Shown piece after piece: positions 21,523-30,401 of a DNA stretch of 64,000 nt. A model generated the notes under the pieces. That model was not told where the DNA came from. It searched no databases and saw nothing but the letters and a program-made list of their open reading frames with translations. The stretch comes from Candidatus Parcubacteria bacterium. Its GTDB lineage: Bacteria; Patescibacteriota; Minisyncoccia; JAHIHE01; JAGLIN01. Both the position numbers and the translations under genes were made by a program. The first letter of the stretch is position 1. Each line of letters starts with the position of its first letter. The stretch is from the NCBI GenBank assembly GCA_023132875.1, contig JAGLXN010000007.1, positions 1,262 to 65,261 of the forward strand, in the 5' to 3' direction.

Positions 21523-22164
21523 GAAACTCCACCTCCTCTCTATATTAAGTTAGCACAAATTAAATTCCAATAATAAAAATAATGCGTTATATTTTTATCA
21601 AATGTGTTAAAAGTTCATTCAAAGATTTAATTTTTATTTTATACCTTAAAAAAATTTTAAACCTTTTCTACTTTAATTATATATTAAAAAAAATAATTTA
21701 CAATACCTTGTCAATAGTTAGGTGTCCTACATCTAGAATTTTTTTTCCTAATTTTTTTGTGGAAATTTTAAAAACTTGTTGAATATTCATTGTATTAGAA
21801 TTTAGAATAATGAATTTTGAATTTAAATATTCTACTAATCTCATTGCCATGTATAATTGTGAAATTTTAGGTTTTGTAAAACTTAATATGTTCTCAATTT
21901 CTTAGAATAGCATAAAATCAACAAATCAAACTTATATTCCCCATTCATTATTCTTGATTCGTAATTCGTAATTCAATTTTTATCTCCTCTTCCTTGCCAC
22001 CCTAATTTTTGTTAATATTCTTTCAGCAATATCGATTATAATAATAAGCCACTGCTTATTATCTGTTTTTTGCCTAAAGCTTGCTATTATTAGATGCTTA
22101 TGTTAATATCATTAGTAGGATCTTTAACAATTTAATTAAAAAGAAAGGAGGTGACAAATATAAT

Positions 22165-22815
22165 ATGGAAAGCGAAATTGAAATAACAGATACTGATACA
22201 AAAGGATGGTTTGAAAAAATAAAAAACTGGAGTTATGAAAACTGGCAAACTATTTTAGTAGTATTAATTGTACTTATTGTCGGAATTAGCGCCTATAATT
22301 ACAACCAACAAAATAATGATAATTTAAATCCTGCTATTATTGTTGATGACGATAAATCTAGCGAAAATGACAAAGAAAATGAAATTGAAAATAATAATAC
22401 CGAAGAAAGCGACCAAGAAGCTGTAGCGGAAAATAAAGATCAAGAAGAAGCGGCTCAAGAGGATAATAAAACAGAACTTAACAAAAATACAAACAAAGAA
22501 AAAATTGAGAAAGTTTCTTCAAGCTCAGATGATTATGGAAAAACATATACAGTTTCAGCTAATAGCGGAGAAGGAATTACTCATTTATCAAGAAGAGCGT
22601 TGGAAATATACATACAAGAAACTGCAAATGGCTCTGATTTAACTAAAGAACAAAAAATATACGCAGAGGATTATATTCAAAATAGAACTGGAAATGAAAA
22701 AATAAATATTGGGCATCAAGAAACTTTTTCAGAAAGTTTAATAAAAGACGCTATTTCAAACGCTAATAACTTATCAGAAAAGTCACTTAAAAATCTTACA
22801 AAATACATAAAATAA
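22165..22815 (+). CDS. membrane-anchored hypothetical protein with acidic linker and LysM-like C-terminal region
   Basis: AAGGAGGTG RBS, one TM helix, YTVSANSGEGITHL. Confidence 0.7.
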   Translation: MESEIEITDTDTKGWFEKIKNWSYENWQTILVVLIVLIVGISAYNYNQQNNDNLNPAIIVDDDKSSENDKENEIENNNTEESDQEAVAENKDQEEAAQEDNKTELNKNTNKEKIEKVSSSSDDYGKTYTVSANSGEGITHLSRRALEIYIQETANGSDLTKEQKIYAEDYIQNRTGNEKINIGHQETFSESLIKDAISNANNLSEKSLKNLTKYIK

Positions 22816-22853
22816 AAAACGCATTTATTTCAAAAATTATTAACACATTAAAT

Positions 22854-22885
22854 AAAAAGAGGCTGGAATTATTCCAGCCTCTTTT
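22854..22885. terminator. bidirectional terminator
   Basis: aaaaagaggctggaa-tta-ttccagcctcttttt between convergent genes. Confidence 0.85.
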
Positions 22886-23101
22886 GTTAGCTATAAATAC
22901 AAATAAACTCGCTTATATGATGGTAATATTCTAAATTTTTCTGTCATTCTGAATTTATTTCAGAATCTATTGGCTAAAGTCTCTTGACCATAGAAACGCA
23001 GCAGTGCTGCGTTTCTACAACACATGATTTCAGAAGATTTTCTTAATTCACAACAGGCTCCACACAGGAGCATGGAGCCAACAGGTAACGCGCTATTTTC
23101 T

Positions 23102-24523
23102 TTATTTATCCAAACTATTCAACTCCTCTTCATATAAATTGGCGTAAAGCATGACTTTATTTGGATAAAAGAATAATCCTTTTGTTCTCCAACTTCTTCC
23201 TCCTAAATATCTGCCAGCTGCCTCATATTCAGAATTATAATCTCCTCCAATAACTCCTGGAATATCTGAAACCTTGACTGCCATAGCAGCCATAGCGTCT
23301 GTCAAATTCCAAGGATTAGGAGGATAGTGTCTTGTAACACTACTTACTCTGCTTTCATACGCAAGCCAAGTTGAAGGTATAAATTGAGCAGGACCCATAG
23401 CGCCGCCACATCCATAAGTAGGCTCTTTTGAAACCCTAACTGACATTGGATCCAAGTTTAATCTATCCACAATTGAAAAAAACGCATTCTTCTCTGTTTC
23501 GGCTCTTTTTATATAATGTGCTTTTCTTAATGGATAAATTTTTGATAATCTCATATAGCATCCATACATATCATCTTCCCAATTACCGCTTCCCGTGTTT
23601 TTCCCAAGATTAGATTCAACTTTCAATATTCCCAACAAATAAGCAGGACGAACTCCTATGGCTGACCCTATAAGTTTTGCTGCTGAAAAAGCATCATCAA
23701 TTTCTATTTTTTGCCCCAAGCTTTGCAAGTCATATAACTGAGCTCTAAGCGATGGAAGAATGTTTTTATTTTCTGCCAATAATTGCTGGAATTGTTTTTC
23801 TTCTCCTTTTGTAATATCTAAAAGTTCATTGTTTTGAATTTTTAATTCAGACAAAGATTCATTTTGATATGCTCTTATTTGAATTAATTGCCCCTTCTCT
23901 TCTTGCTGTTCTGTAAGCTCTTCACTTCTCAAATCAAGCTCTTCTTTCTGATTTTTTAAATTAACTATTGTTTTAAACACCTCATTTTTAACAGATTCCA
24001 TAGCATCAACTTTATTGAAAAAATCAGAGAAACTATCTTCCGTCATAAGTATTTCCAAAATAGAATTTTGTTCATAAACATATAATAATTTAAAGAGATC
24101 TTTTAAATTCTTTCTATATGCTTCCTTTTTTATTTCTCCTTCTTCTATTTTTTCCTTAATTTCATCCATTTCCATATCAGATTCTTCAATAGCCAGCCGT
24201 GTCTCTTTTACTTCTAATTCATTTTTATATATCTTATTATTGTATATTGAAATTTCTCTTTTAAAAGTTCTTGCTTTTTGTTGAACTTCTTTAAGCTCCG
24301 TATTAACTTTTTTTATTTCTTCTTCCACTTTTTTTATTTCTTCTTTCAACTCTTCTTTTTTATTATTAACTTCTTCTACATTTATTTCTTCCCTTTCCTC
24401 TTCTACAGATTTAACTATTTCTACTAAAAATACAAAAGATAATAAAAACAAAATAAACAAACCACATAACAAAATTGTTTTGTGGCTGTTTATAATAAAA
24501 CTATTTTTATGTGTTGAATTCAT
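23102..24523 (-). CDS. coiled-coil lytic murein transglycosylase (MltB/SLT_2-like)
   Basis: long coiled coil, then ILKVESNLG and GAMGPAQFIPSTW. Confidence 0.85.
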   Translation of the reverse strand: MNSTHKNSFIINSHKTILLCGLFILFLLSFVFLVEIVKSVEEEREEINVEEVNNKKEELKEEIKKVEEEIKKVNTELKEVQQKARTFKREISIYNNKIYKNELEVKETRLAIEESDMEMDEIKEKIEEGEIKKEAYRKNLKDLFKLLYVYEQNSILEILMTEDSFSDFFNKVDAMESVKNEVFKTIVNLKNQKEELDLRSEELTEQQEEKGQLIQIRAYQNESLSELKIQNNELLDITKGEEKQFQQLLAENKNILPSLRAQLYDLQSLGQKIEIDDAFSAAKLIGSAIGVRPAYLLGILKVESNLGKNTGSGNWEDDMYGCYMRLSKIYPLRKAHYIKRAETEKNAFFSIVDRLNLDPMSVRVSKEPTYGCGGAMGPAQFIPSTWLAYESRVSSVTRHYPPNPWNLTDAMAAMAVKVSDIPGVIGGDYNSEYEAAGRYLGGRSWRTKGLFFYPNKVMLYANLYEEELNSLDK

Positions 24524-24541
24524 AAAACTTGCAAAAGTTTT

Positions 24542-24700
24542 TAGGGCGCGAGTAAAAATAACATTTTCAAGTTCGCTCAGATTTGTGCCAGATTGGTTTG
24601 AAAAAATTGAAGTATATTGATATATATTGAGAGTTCTTTCAAACTAAGATGGCGTGAAGCTGAGATGAAATTGTGGAGGTTACTTTTACTCGCGCCCTTA
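24542..24700. mobile_element. MITE-like ~160 bp element
   Basis: terminal inverted repeats AGGGCGCGAGTAAAAATAAC / GTTACTTTTACTCGCGCCCT with T/A-rich flanks and internal palindromy. Confidence 0.8.
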
Positions 24701-24719
24701 TATAGATAATTTTATTTTT

Positions 24720-25445
24720 TTATTTTTTTTCTTCTTCCTTTCCGCTTTTTCCGGATTCACCTTTTTTCTCTTCTTTTCCATCTTTGCTTTCCTTGTCTTT
24801 TTCGCTTTCTTCCTCCTTTTCTTCAGCGCCTTCAATTCCTTCAATATTTTCTTCAACTTTCTCTTCAAGATCTTCTAATTCTTTTTCAGTTCTTGGAGCA
24901 GCAACGGTTACAACAACAACTCCTGGGGCTGAGATAATTTCAATTTCATTAGAAATTTTTAAATCCTTAACTCTGATAATATCATCTATATTATTAAGCT
25001 TAGAAAGATCAACTTCTATATCATGAATAAGATCTCCAGGCAGACACTTGATTTCAAAAATATCATGGCTCTTAATTAAAACACCGCCTTCATTTTTAAC
25101 AGCAGGAGATTCTCCTATAAACTTAATAGGAACCTTGGCAACTATTTTTTTGTCCATTCTAACTTGATATAGATCAAAATGGATAACCTTATCAGTAACA
25201 GGATCTGTCTGATAATCATTTATAACGACCTTTCCTATATCCTTGCCGTCAATACTAAGATCTATCAAAGTGCTTTCACCCGCCTTGCTAAACACTTTCT
25301 TAAAATCCGCTTCATTAATTTTTATACATTTATTTTCCTTTTTATTTCCATAAACAATTCCGGGAACATTTCCTTGTCTTCTAAGTTTATTTGCTTTTTT
25401 TTCTTTTAGCTCTCTTACTTGAGCAGAAATTGCTAGTGTTTCCAT
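24720..25445 (-). CDS. rplY: 50S ribosomal protein L25/CTC
   Basis: LRRQGNVPGIVYG, HFDLY, GESPAVK, acidic tail. Confidence 0.95.
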   Translation of the reverse strand: METLAISAQVRELKEKKANKLRRQGNVPGIVYGNKKENKCIKINEADFKKVFSKAGESTLIDLSIDGKDIGKVVINDYQTDPVTDKVIHFDLYQVRMDKKIVAKVPIKFIGESPAVKNEGGVLIKSHDIFEIKCLPGDLIHDIEVDLSKLNNIDDIIRVKDLKISNEIEIISAPGVVVVTVAAPRTEKELEDLEEKVEENIEGIEGAEEKEEESEKDKESKDGKEEKKGESGKSGKEEEKK

Positions 25446-25563
25446 ATCTTTATAAATTATAAAATTTAAACTTCGTTTATTTAGTGTAAACATTAGTTTT
25501 TTTGGTGTTTTCTGTAGAAGACACTAATAAAACTAATATTTACACTAAGAAAACTAAAACTGA

Positions 25564-25863
25564 TCATTTATTCTCCAAAAATTTATGCATTTCTAAAACA
25601 TCATCGTATTCAACGCAACTTTTCTCTATTTTATCAAGATCATCTTCCATAAAATCAGATATCATACTGATAGAAGTTATTCCCATAGCGCCTGCCATAA
25701 TTACCATCATCATGGAACCTTTGCATTTTTGACAATTTAGATAAAGAGTTATAACCCCGTCTTTACTGTCAATTACTTTTATGTTGTTTTTATCATACTT
25801 AAAATCGCACATCGGACATTTTGTTACTATCTGCATACTCGAAATTGGATTAAATTTTGACAT
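25564..25863 (-). CDS. hypothetical CxxC Zn-ribbon protein
   Basis: CPMC and CQKC pairs, DDVLEMH. Confidence 0.75.
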   Translation of the reverse strand: MSKFNPISSMQIVTKCPMCDFKYDKNNIKVIDSKDGVITLYLNCQKCKGSMMMVIMAGAMGITSISMISDFMEDDLDKIEKSCVEYDDVLEMHKFLENK

Positions 25864-26087
25864 ATTTTTGTTTTGTTTTAAGTTATTTTAAGCTTAAATT
25901 TAATAATTTAAACTACTACACAATATAACTTATGTTAATATATAATAGCTATTATGTCAAGATAAAGACATTTTAACATATGAACATACTAACATTTTAA
26001 CAAGAATTTTTATTTAGTTTTTTGAAATATGATAATTTAAATTATGTTAAAATGTTTAAATGTTACTATGTTAAAATGATTTTGGTA

Positions 26088-26116
26088 TTGACGAAAAATC
26101 AATTTAAATATATAAT
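26088..26116 (+). promoter_or_regulatory. consensus sigma70 promoter with no downstream ORF
   Basis: TTGACG-17 bp-TATAAT. Confidence 0.65.
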
Positions 26117-26312
26117 TAAAAAATCGTTTCTAGTCACGGAAGACTAGGTTTTGCAAAAACCTAAGTAAGAGGAGAAAAACTAAAAACTACAATAAAGTCT
26201 TCTGCTGATTGAACTAAAACAACTAAAACAAAAATAAAAAAACAAAACCGGGATAAACCCGTGTTTTTGTTTGGCTAATATTATTATTTCATTACTAAGG
26301 TTTTGTATAATA

Positions 26313-27608
26313 CTACATTGTCTTTTTTCTTAGCACTTCCCTTGCTATTTCCCTATCATCCCACGGAATTTTATCTTCGCCACAAATCATAAATTGCTCC
26401 GCGCCTTTGCCGGTTATCATAACCAAATCATCTCTTTTGGCCATATTTATGGCTTTTTCTATAGCCTCTTTTCTGTCTGATATTCTAAATAAATTTTTAT
26501 TTAATTCTTTATTTTTAATTCCAGACATAACTTGATCCATAATATCTTCTGGATCTTCACTATAAGGATCTTCATTAGTCACAATTACAATATCAGCAAA
26601 CTCATCAGCAATAGCGCCTGCTTTTGATCTATAGGTTTTGTCCCTATCTCCTGTTCCGCCTAAAACTGCAATTATTTTGTTTTTTACACATGGCTTAATT
26701 ACTTTATAAACTTTCTTCAAAGAATCCGGCGAATGAGCGTAATCAACCATAACTTTAAAGTTTTGTCCTTCATCAATTTTTTCCAGCCTACCGGGAATAT
26801 TTTCTATGGATTCCAATGCCTTTTTAATCGCAATCGGTTTTATATTCTCTGCTAAGCCAACTGACGCTGCCGCTAAAGAATTATAAATATTAAACTCGCC
26901 GATAAGCGATGATCTTACAGCCATCTGCCCTTTATTAGTTTTAATATTAAATTCTGTTTCTTTTTCTCTTAAAACCATATCCGTTGCTATGACCAATTTT
27001 ATATTATTTATTTCTTTATATCCTTTTAAGCTAAAAGCATATTTTTCCACTTCTTCAAACTCTAGAAAACTTTTCAAATCTTCATCATCGTAATTAATAA
27101 TAAGATTTTCCAAGTTTTTCGTAAGCAAAGCATTATGAGAATTTTTATAGTTTTTATAGGTCTTATGATAATCAAGATGATCGCTCATCATATTCGTTAA
27201 AACAACGGTTTTATATGGAACCCCCAAGTGCCTATATTGGACAAGCCCGTGAGAAGAAATTTCAACAATTATGAAATCACATTTTTCTTTCACCGCTTTT
27301 GCTAAAAACTTTTGAAAGTAAAATGGCGACGTTGTGGTAAGTTTCACATCATTAAGCCATTTTTTCTCACCTATTTGAAAATTAGCGGTAGAAAGCATCG
27401 CGACTTTATGCCCGCCTTCTTCCAAAATTTTCGCGATCATATTAACGGTTGTCGTTTTACCCTTAGTTCCAGCAACTCCAATAGCTCTTATCTTCTTTCC
27501 TGGAAAACCATAAACAAGAGATGCTAAAACCGCTCTAAACTTATGAGTAAGCAAAATAAAATTATAAGGAATAACTTTTCTTAGAATTTGTTTAAATTTG
27601 TATAGCAT
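26313..27608 (-). CDS. murE: UDP-N-acetylmuramyl-tripeptide synthetase
   Basis: GTKGKTT, EISSH, DHLDYH, DYAH, GKGAE. Confidence 0.93.
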   Translation of the reverse strand: MLYKFKQILRKVIPYNFILLTHKFRAVLASLVYGFPGKKIRAIGVAGTKGKTTTVNMIAKILEEGGHKVAMLSTANFQIGEKKWLNDVKLTTTSPFYFQKFLAKAVKEKCDFIIVEISSHGLVQYRHLGVPYKTVVLTNMMSDHLDYHKTYKNYKNSHNALLTKNLENLIINYDDEDLKSFLEFEEVEKYAFSLKGYKEINNIKLVIATDMVLREKETEFNIKTNKGQMAVRSSLIGEFNIYNSLAAASVGLAENIKPIAIKKALESIENIPGRLEKIDEGQNFKVMVDYAHSPDSLKKVYKVIKPCVKNKIIAVLGGTGDRDKTYRSKAGAIADEFADIVIVTNEDPYSEDPEDIMDQVMSGIKNKELNKNLFRISDRKEAIEKAINMAKRDDLVMITGKGAEQFMICGEDKIPWDDREIAREVLRKKTM

Positions 27609-27654
27609 GAAGATAATTTTAATAAAATAATATTTAATTTAACAATATAACAAT

Positions 27655-30348
27655 TTATTTATCTACTTTTTTAAGTATAAACAAATATTTTATGCCTTCG
27701 ATCAACACTAGTTCTACCGCGCAAACAAACGCAATTAATGACCAGTCATATAAATCAAGCGATACTGTTTGCAATACTTTCTGCAAAAAAGGATGATAAA
27801 TCGCTGCCAGCTGGAAAGAAAAGCCAAGAAGAACCGCGACAATTAAATACTTGTTTGAGAAAATGTTTTTCGCGAAAATTGAATGCCGTAAAGAACGAAT
27901 GGAAAAAACATAAATTAGAGAATCAATGGCAAGAATTGAGAAAGCAATGGTGCTTGCTCTTTGAAATTCGCCAGTCACATCAAGAACATACCAAAACACT
28001 GCCAAAGATAAAACTCCGCTAACGACACTAATAGCTATGATTAATGTCTTGATTTCAAAATTTAATAAAGGTTCATTCTTTTTGCGAGGAGGTTCTTTCA
28101 TAATATTAGGCTCCTTAGGCTCCAGTGTCAAAGCAACATCCGGAAATCCGTCCGTCACAAGATTTATCCATAAGATCTGAGCGGCGGCCAAAGGAATAGG
28201 AAGTCCGATTATAAGACTTCCGGCAATAACTATAACTTCGCTAAAGCTGTCAGAAACAAGATATAAAATAACTTTTCTTATATTTTCATATATAACTCTC
28301 CCCTGCTCAACGGCAGTTATAATGGTTTTAAAATTATTATCCAAAAGAACAATATCAGCCGTTTCTTTAGCAACTTCAGTCCCGCTGCCAAGCGCGACCC
28401 CTATATCAGCTGATTTCAGCGCGGGAGCGTCATTTACTCCGTCTCCAGTCATCGCCACGACCTCTCCCTTGCTTTGCCATGCGTCAACAATTCTTGATTT
28501 ATGGTGAGGCGAAACTCTGGCATATATTTTTATTTTGCTAACAATGTTATTAAATTCTTTTGTGCTCATCTGATCTAATTTTTCTCCGTCTAAAATATTA
28601 TTATTATCAACTTTCATTCCAAGCTCATTAGCTATAGTTTTTGCGGTAAGACGATTATCTCCCGTTATCATAATAGTTCTTATGCCAGCTTCTTTAGCAA
28701 GCTTTATTGTATCTTTTGCTTCTTTCCTTAAGGGATCTTTAAGAGCGATAAGTCCGACAAATACAAGCTCGTTTATTATTTCATCCTCATTTCCCTCTTT
28801 AAATCTAGCGGATATATCATTTCTAACGCTGCGAAAAGCAACGCTTATAATCCTGAGTCCTTTTCTGCTTAAATCGTTCTGTTTTTTCTTGAGAAGCTTA
28901 ATGTCATCTTCTGTTATTTGTCTCTTTTCTCCTTCAATCAGAACATATTTTGATCTATTTATTATTTCTTCAGGAGCTCCTTTTACATACATTTTATAAT
29001 CATTTGAGCTTTCTTGATTTAGAGTTGCCATTAATTTTCTCTCTGAACTAAATGGTATTTCTTCAATTTTGACAAAATCTTTTTTGATTTTTTCCGGATT
29101 AAATCCCACATTTATTCCTGATTGCAACAAAGCCCTTTCGGTATAATCTCCATGAATTATCCATTTTTCCAATTCATCATTAGGATTTTCAATTACTGCG
29201 TTATTGCATATCATTCCTATTTTTATAGCAACCATATGATCTAATTTATGCTTTTCTTCTTCTATAACTTTAATGCGCTTATTTCCTTCTTTCGCTAAAG
29301 AAAATTCTGAGACCATAGTGATTATATGATCAACCTGCATTTTTCCTTCGGTAAGCGTTCCTGTTTTGTCCGTACAAATCACAGTCGTGCTTCCAAGAGT
29401 TTCTGCTGCGACCAATTTCCTGACCAAAGAGCCTTTTTTTAAAATTCTTTGCATTCCAATTGCTAAAATCACCGTAACGGCAACCAAAAGCCCTTCCGGT
29501 ATAGCGGCAACAGCAATTGCTACGGAAGTAACAAAAATGTCTTTAAGCTCAATTCCTCTAATTAACCCGATGACAGTAATGAAAACAACCATTACAAGTG
29601 TCAGCGTTCCAAACATCCTACTGAATTCAGCTAGTTTGATTTGTAAAGGAGTTTTCTCTTTTTCTGTTTCTTTTAATAGAAGCGCGATCTGTCCGAATTT
29701 TGTGTTAATGCCAGTTGAGCTCACAACCATTATTCCCCTTCCCCGGACCACAGAAGTTCCCATATACGCCATATTTTTTTTACTTTCAGAAATTCCTTTT
29801 TGGTCCAATATTTCAACAAGCTTGCTCACGGGAACAGATTCTCCAGTCAAACTTGATTCATCAATATCAAATTCGTGAATTTCCAAAATTCTTCCATCCG
29901 CGGGAACTCTATCACCAGCCCTTAAAACTACTATATCCCCTAAAACAATATCTGTAGAACTTATTTCTTTCTCAATCCCATTTCTTATAACATACGATTT
30001 ATGATCAATCATCTGTTTTAATTTCTCTAACGCGCGCTCAGCTTTTGTTTCTTGTATAAATCCGACAACAGCGTTAATTGCAACCGCAAAAAGAATAACT
30101 CCCATGTCTACAAGATTATTCCAAACAAAAGAAACAAGAGCCGCTATCAAAAGTATATAGACTAAAGGACTTTTAAATTGACTTATGACTATATCCAACT
30201 GTGTAAATTTCTCTTTTTGGGGAAGCTCATTCTTTCCATATTTTTTCAGCCTTTTTTCAGCCTCCTCTGCCGATAATCCAAATTTTGAAGATTTTAAACT
30301 ATGCAAAACTTCTTTTAAACTTAAACTATACCAATTTTCTTGCTTCAT
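27655..30348 (-). CDS. cation-transporting P-type ATPase (type IIA, Ca2+-like)
   Basis: TGES, IPEGL, DKTGT, KGAPE, GDGVND. Confidence 0.95.
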   Translation of the reverse strand: MKQENWYSLSLKEVLHSLKSSKFGLSAEEAEKRLKKYGKNELPQKEKFTQLDIVISQFKSPLVYILLIAALVSFVWNNLVDMGVILFAVAINAVVGFIQETKAERALEKLKQMIDHKSYVIRNGIEKEISSTDIVLGDIVVLRAGDRVPADGRILEIHEFDIDESSLTGESVPVSKLVEILDQKGISESKKNMAYMGTSVVRGRGIMVVSSTGINTKFGQIALLLKETEKEKTPLQIKLAEFSRMFGTLTLVMVVFITVIGLIRGIELKDIFVTSVAIAVAAIPEGLLVAVTVILAIGMQRILKKGSLVRKLVAAETLGSTTVICTDKTGTLTEGKMQVDHIITMVSEFSLAKEGNKRIKVIEEEKHKLDHMVAIKIGMICNNAVIENPNDELEKWIIHGDYTERALLQSGINVGFNPEKIKKDFVKIEEIPFSSERKLMATLNQESSNDYKMYVKGAPEEIINRSKYVLIEGEKRQITEDDIKLLKKKQNDLSRKGLRIISVAFRSVRNDISARFKEGNEDEIINELVFVGLIALKDPLRKEAKDTIKLAKEAGIRTIMITGDNRLTAKTIANELGMKVDNNNILDGEKLDQMSTKEFNNIVSKIKIYARVSPHHKSRIVDAWQSKGEVVAMTGDGVNDAPALKSADIGVALGSGTEVAKETADIVLLDNNFKTIITAVEQGRVIYENIRKVILYLVSDSFSEVIVIAGSLIIGLPIPLAAAQILWINLVTDGFPDVALTLEPKEPNIMKEPPRKKNEPLLNFEIKTLIIAISVVSGVLSLAVFWYVLDVTGEFQRASTIAFSILAIDSLIYVFSIRSLRHSIFAKNIFSNKYLIVAVLLGFSFQLAAIYHPFLQKVLQTVSLDLYDWSLIAFVCAVELVLIEGIKYLFILKKVDK

Positions 30349-30401
30349 TTTTTTGTTTTTATGTGTATTATAAACTTTTCCCATTAAAAATATCATAGCG
30401 C

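Noticed and set aside
21182-21553. 123-aa hydrophobic repeat ORF (FLLAG/FLLAT)
   Set aside because: Antisense shadow of the Lys-rich H1-like gene, which has the RBS.
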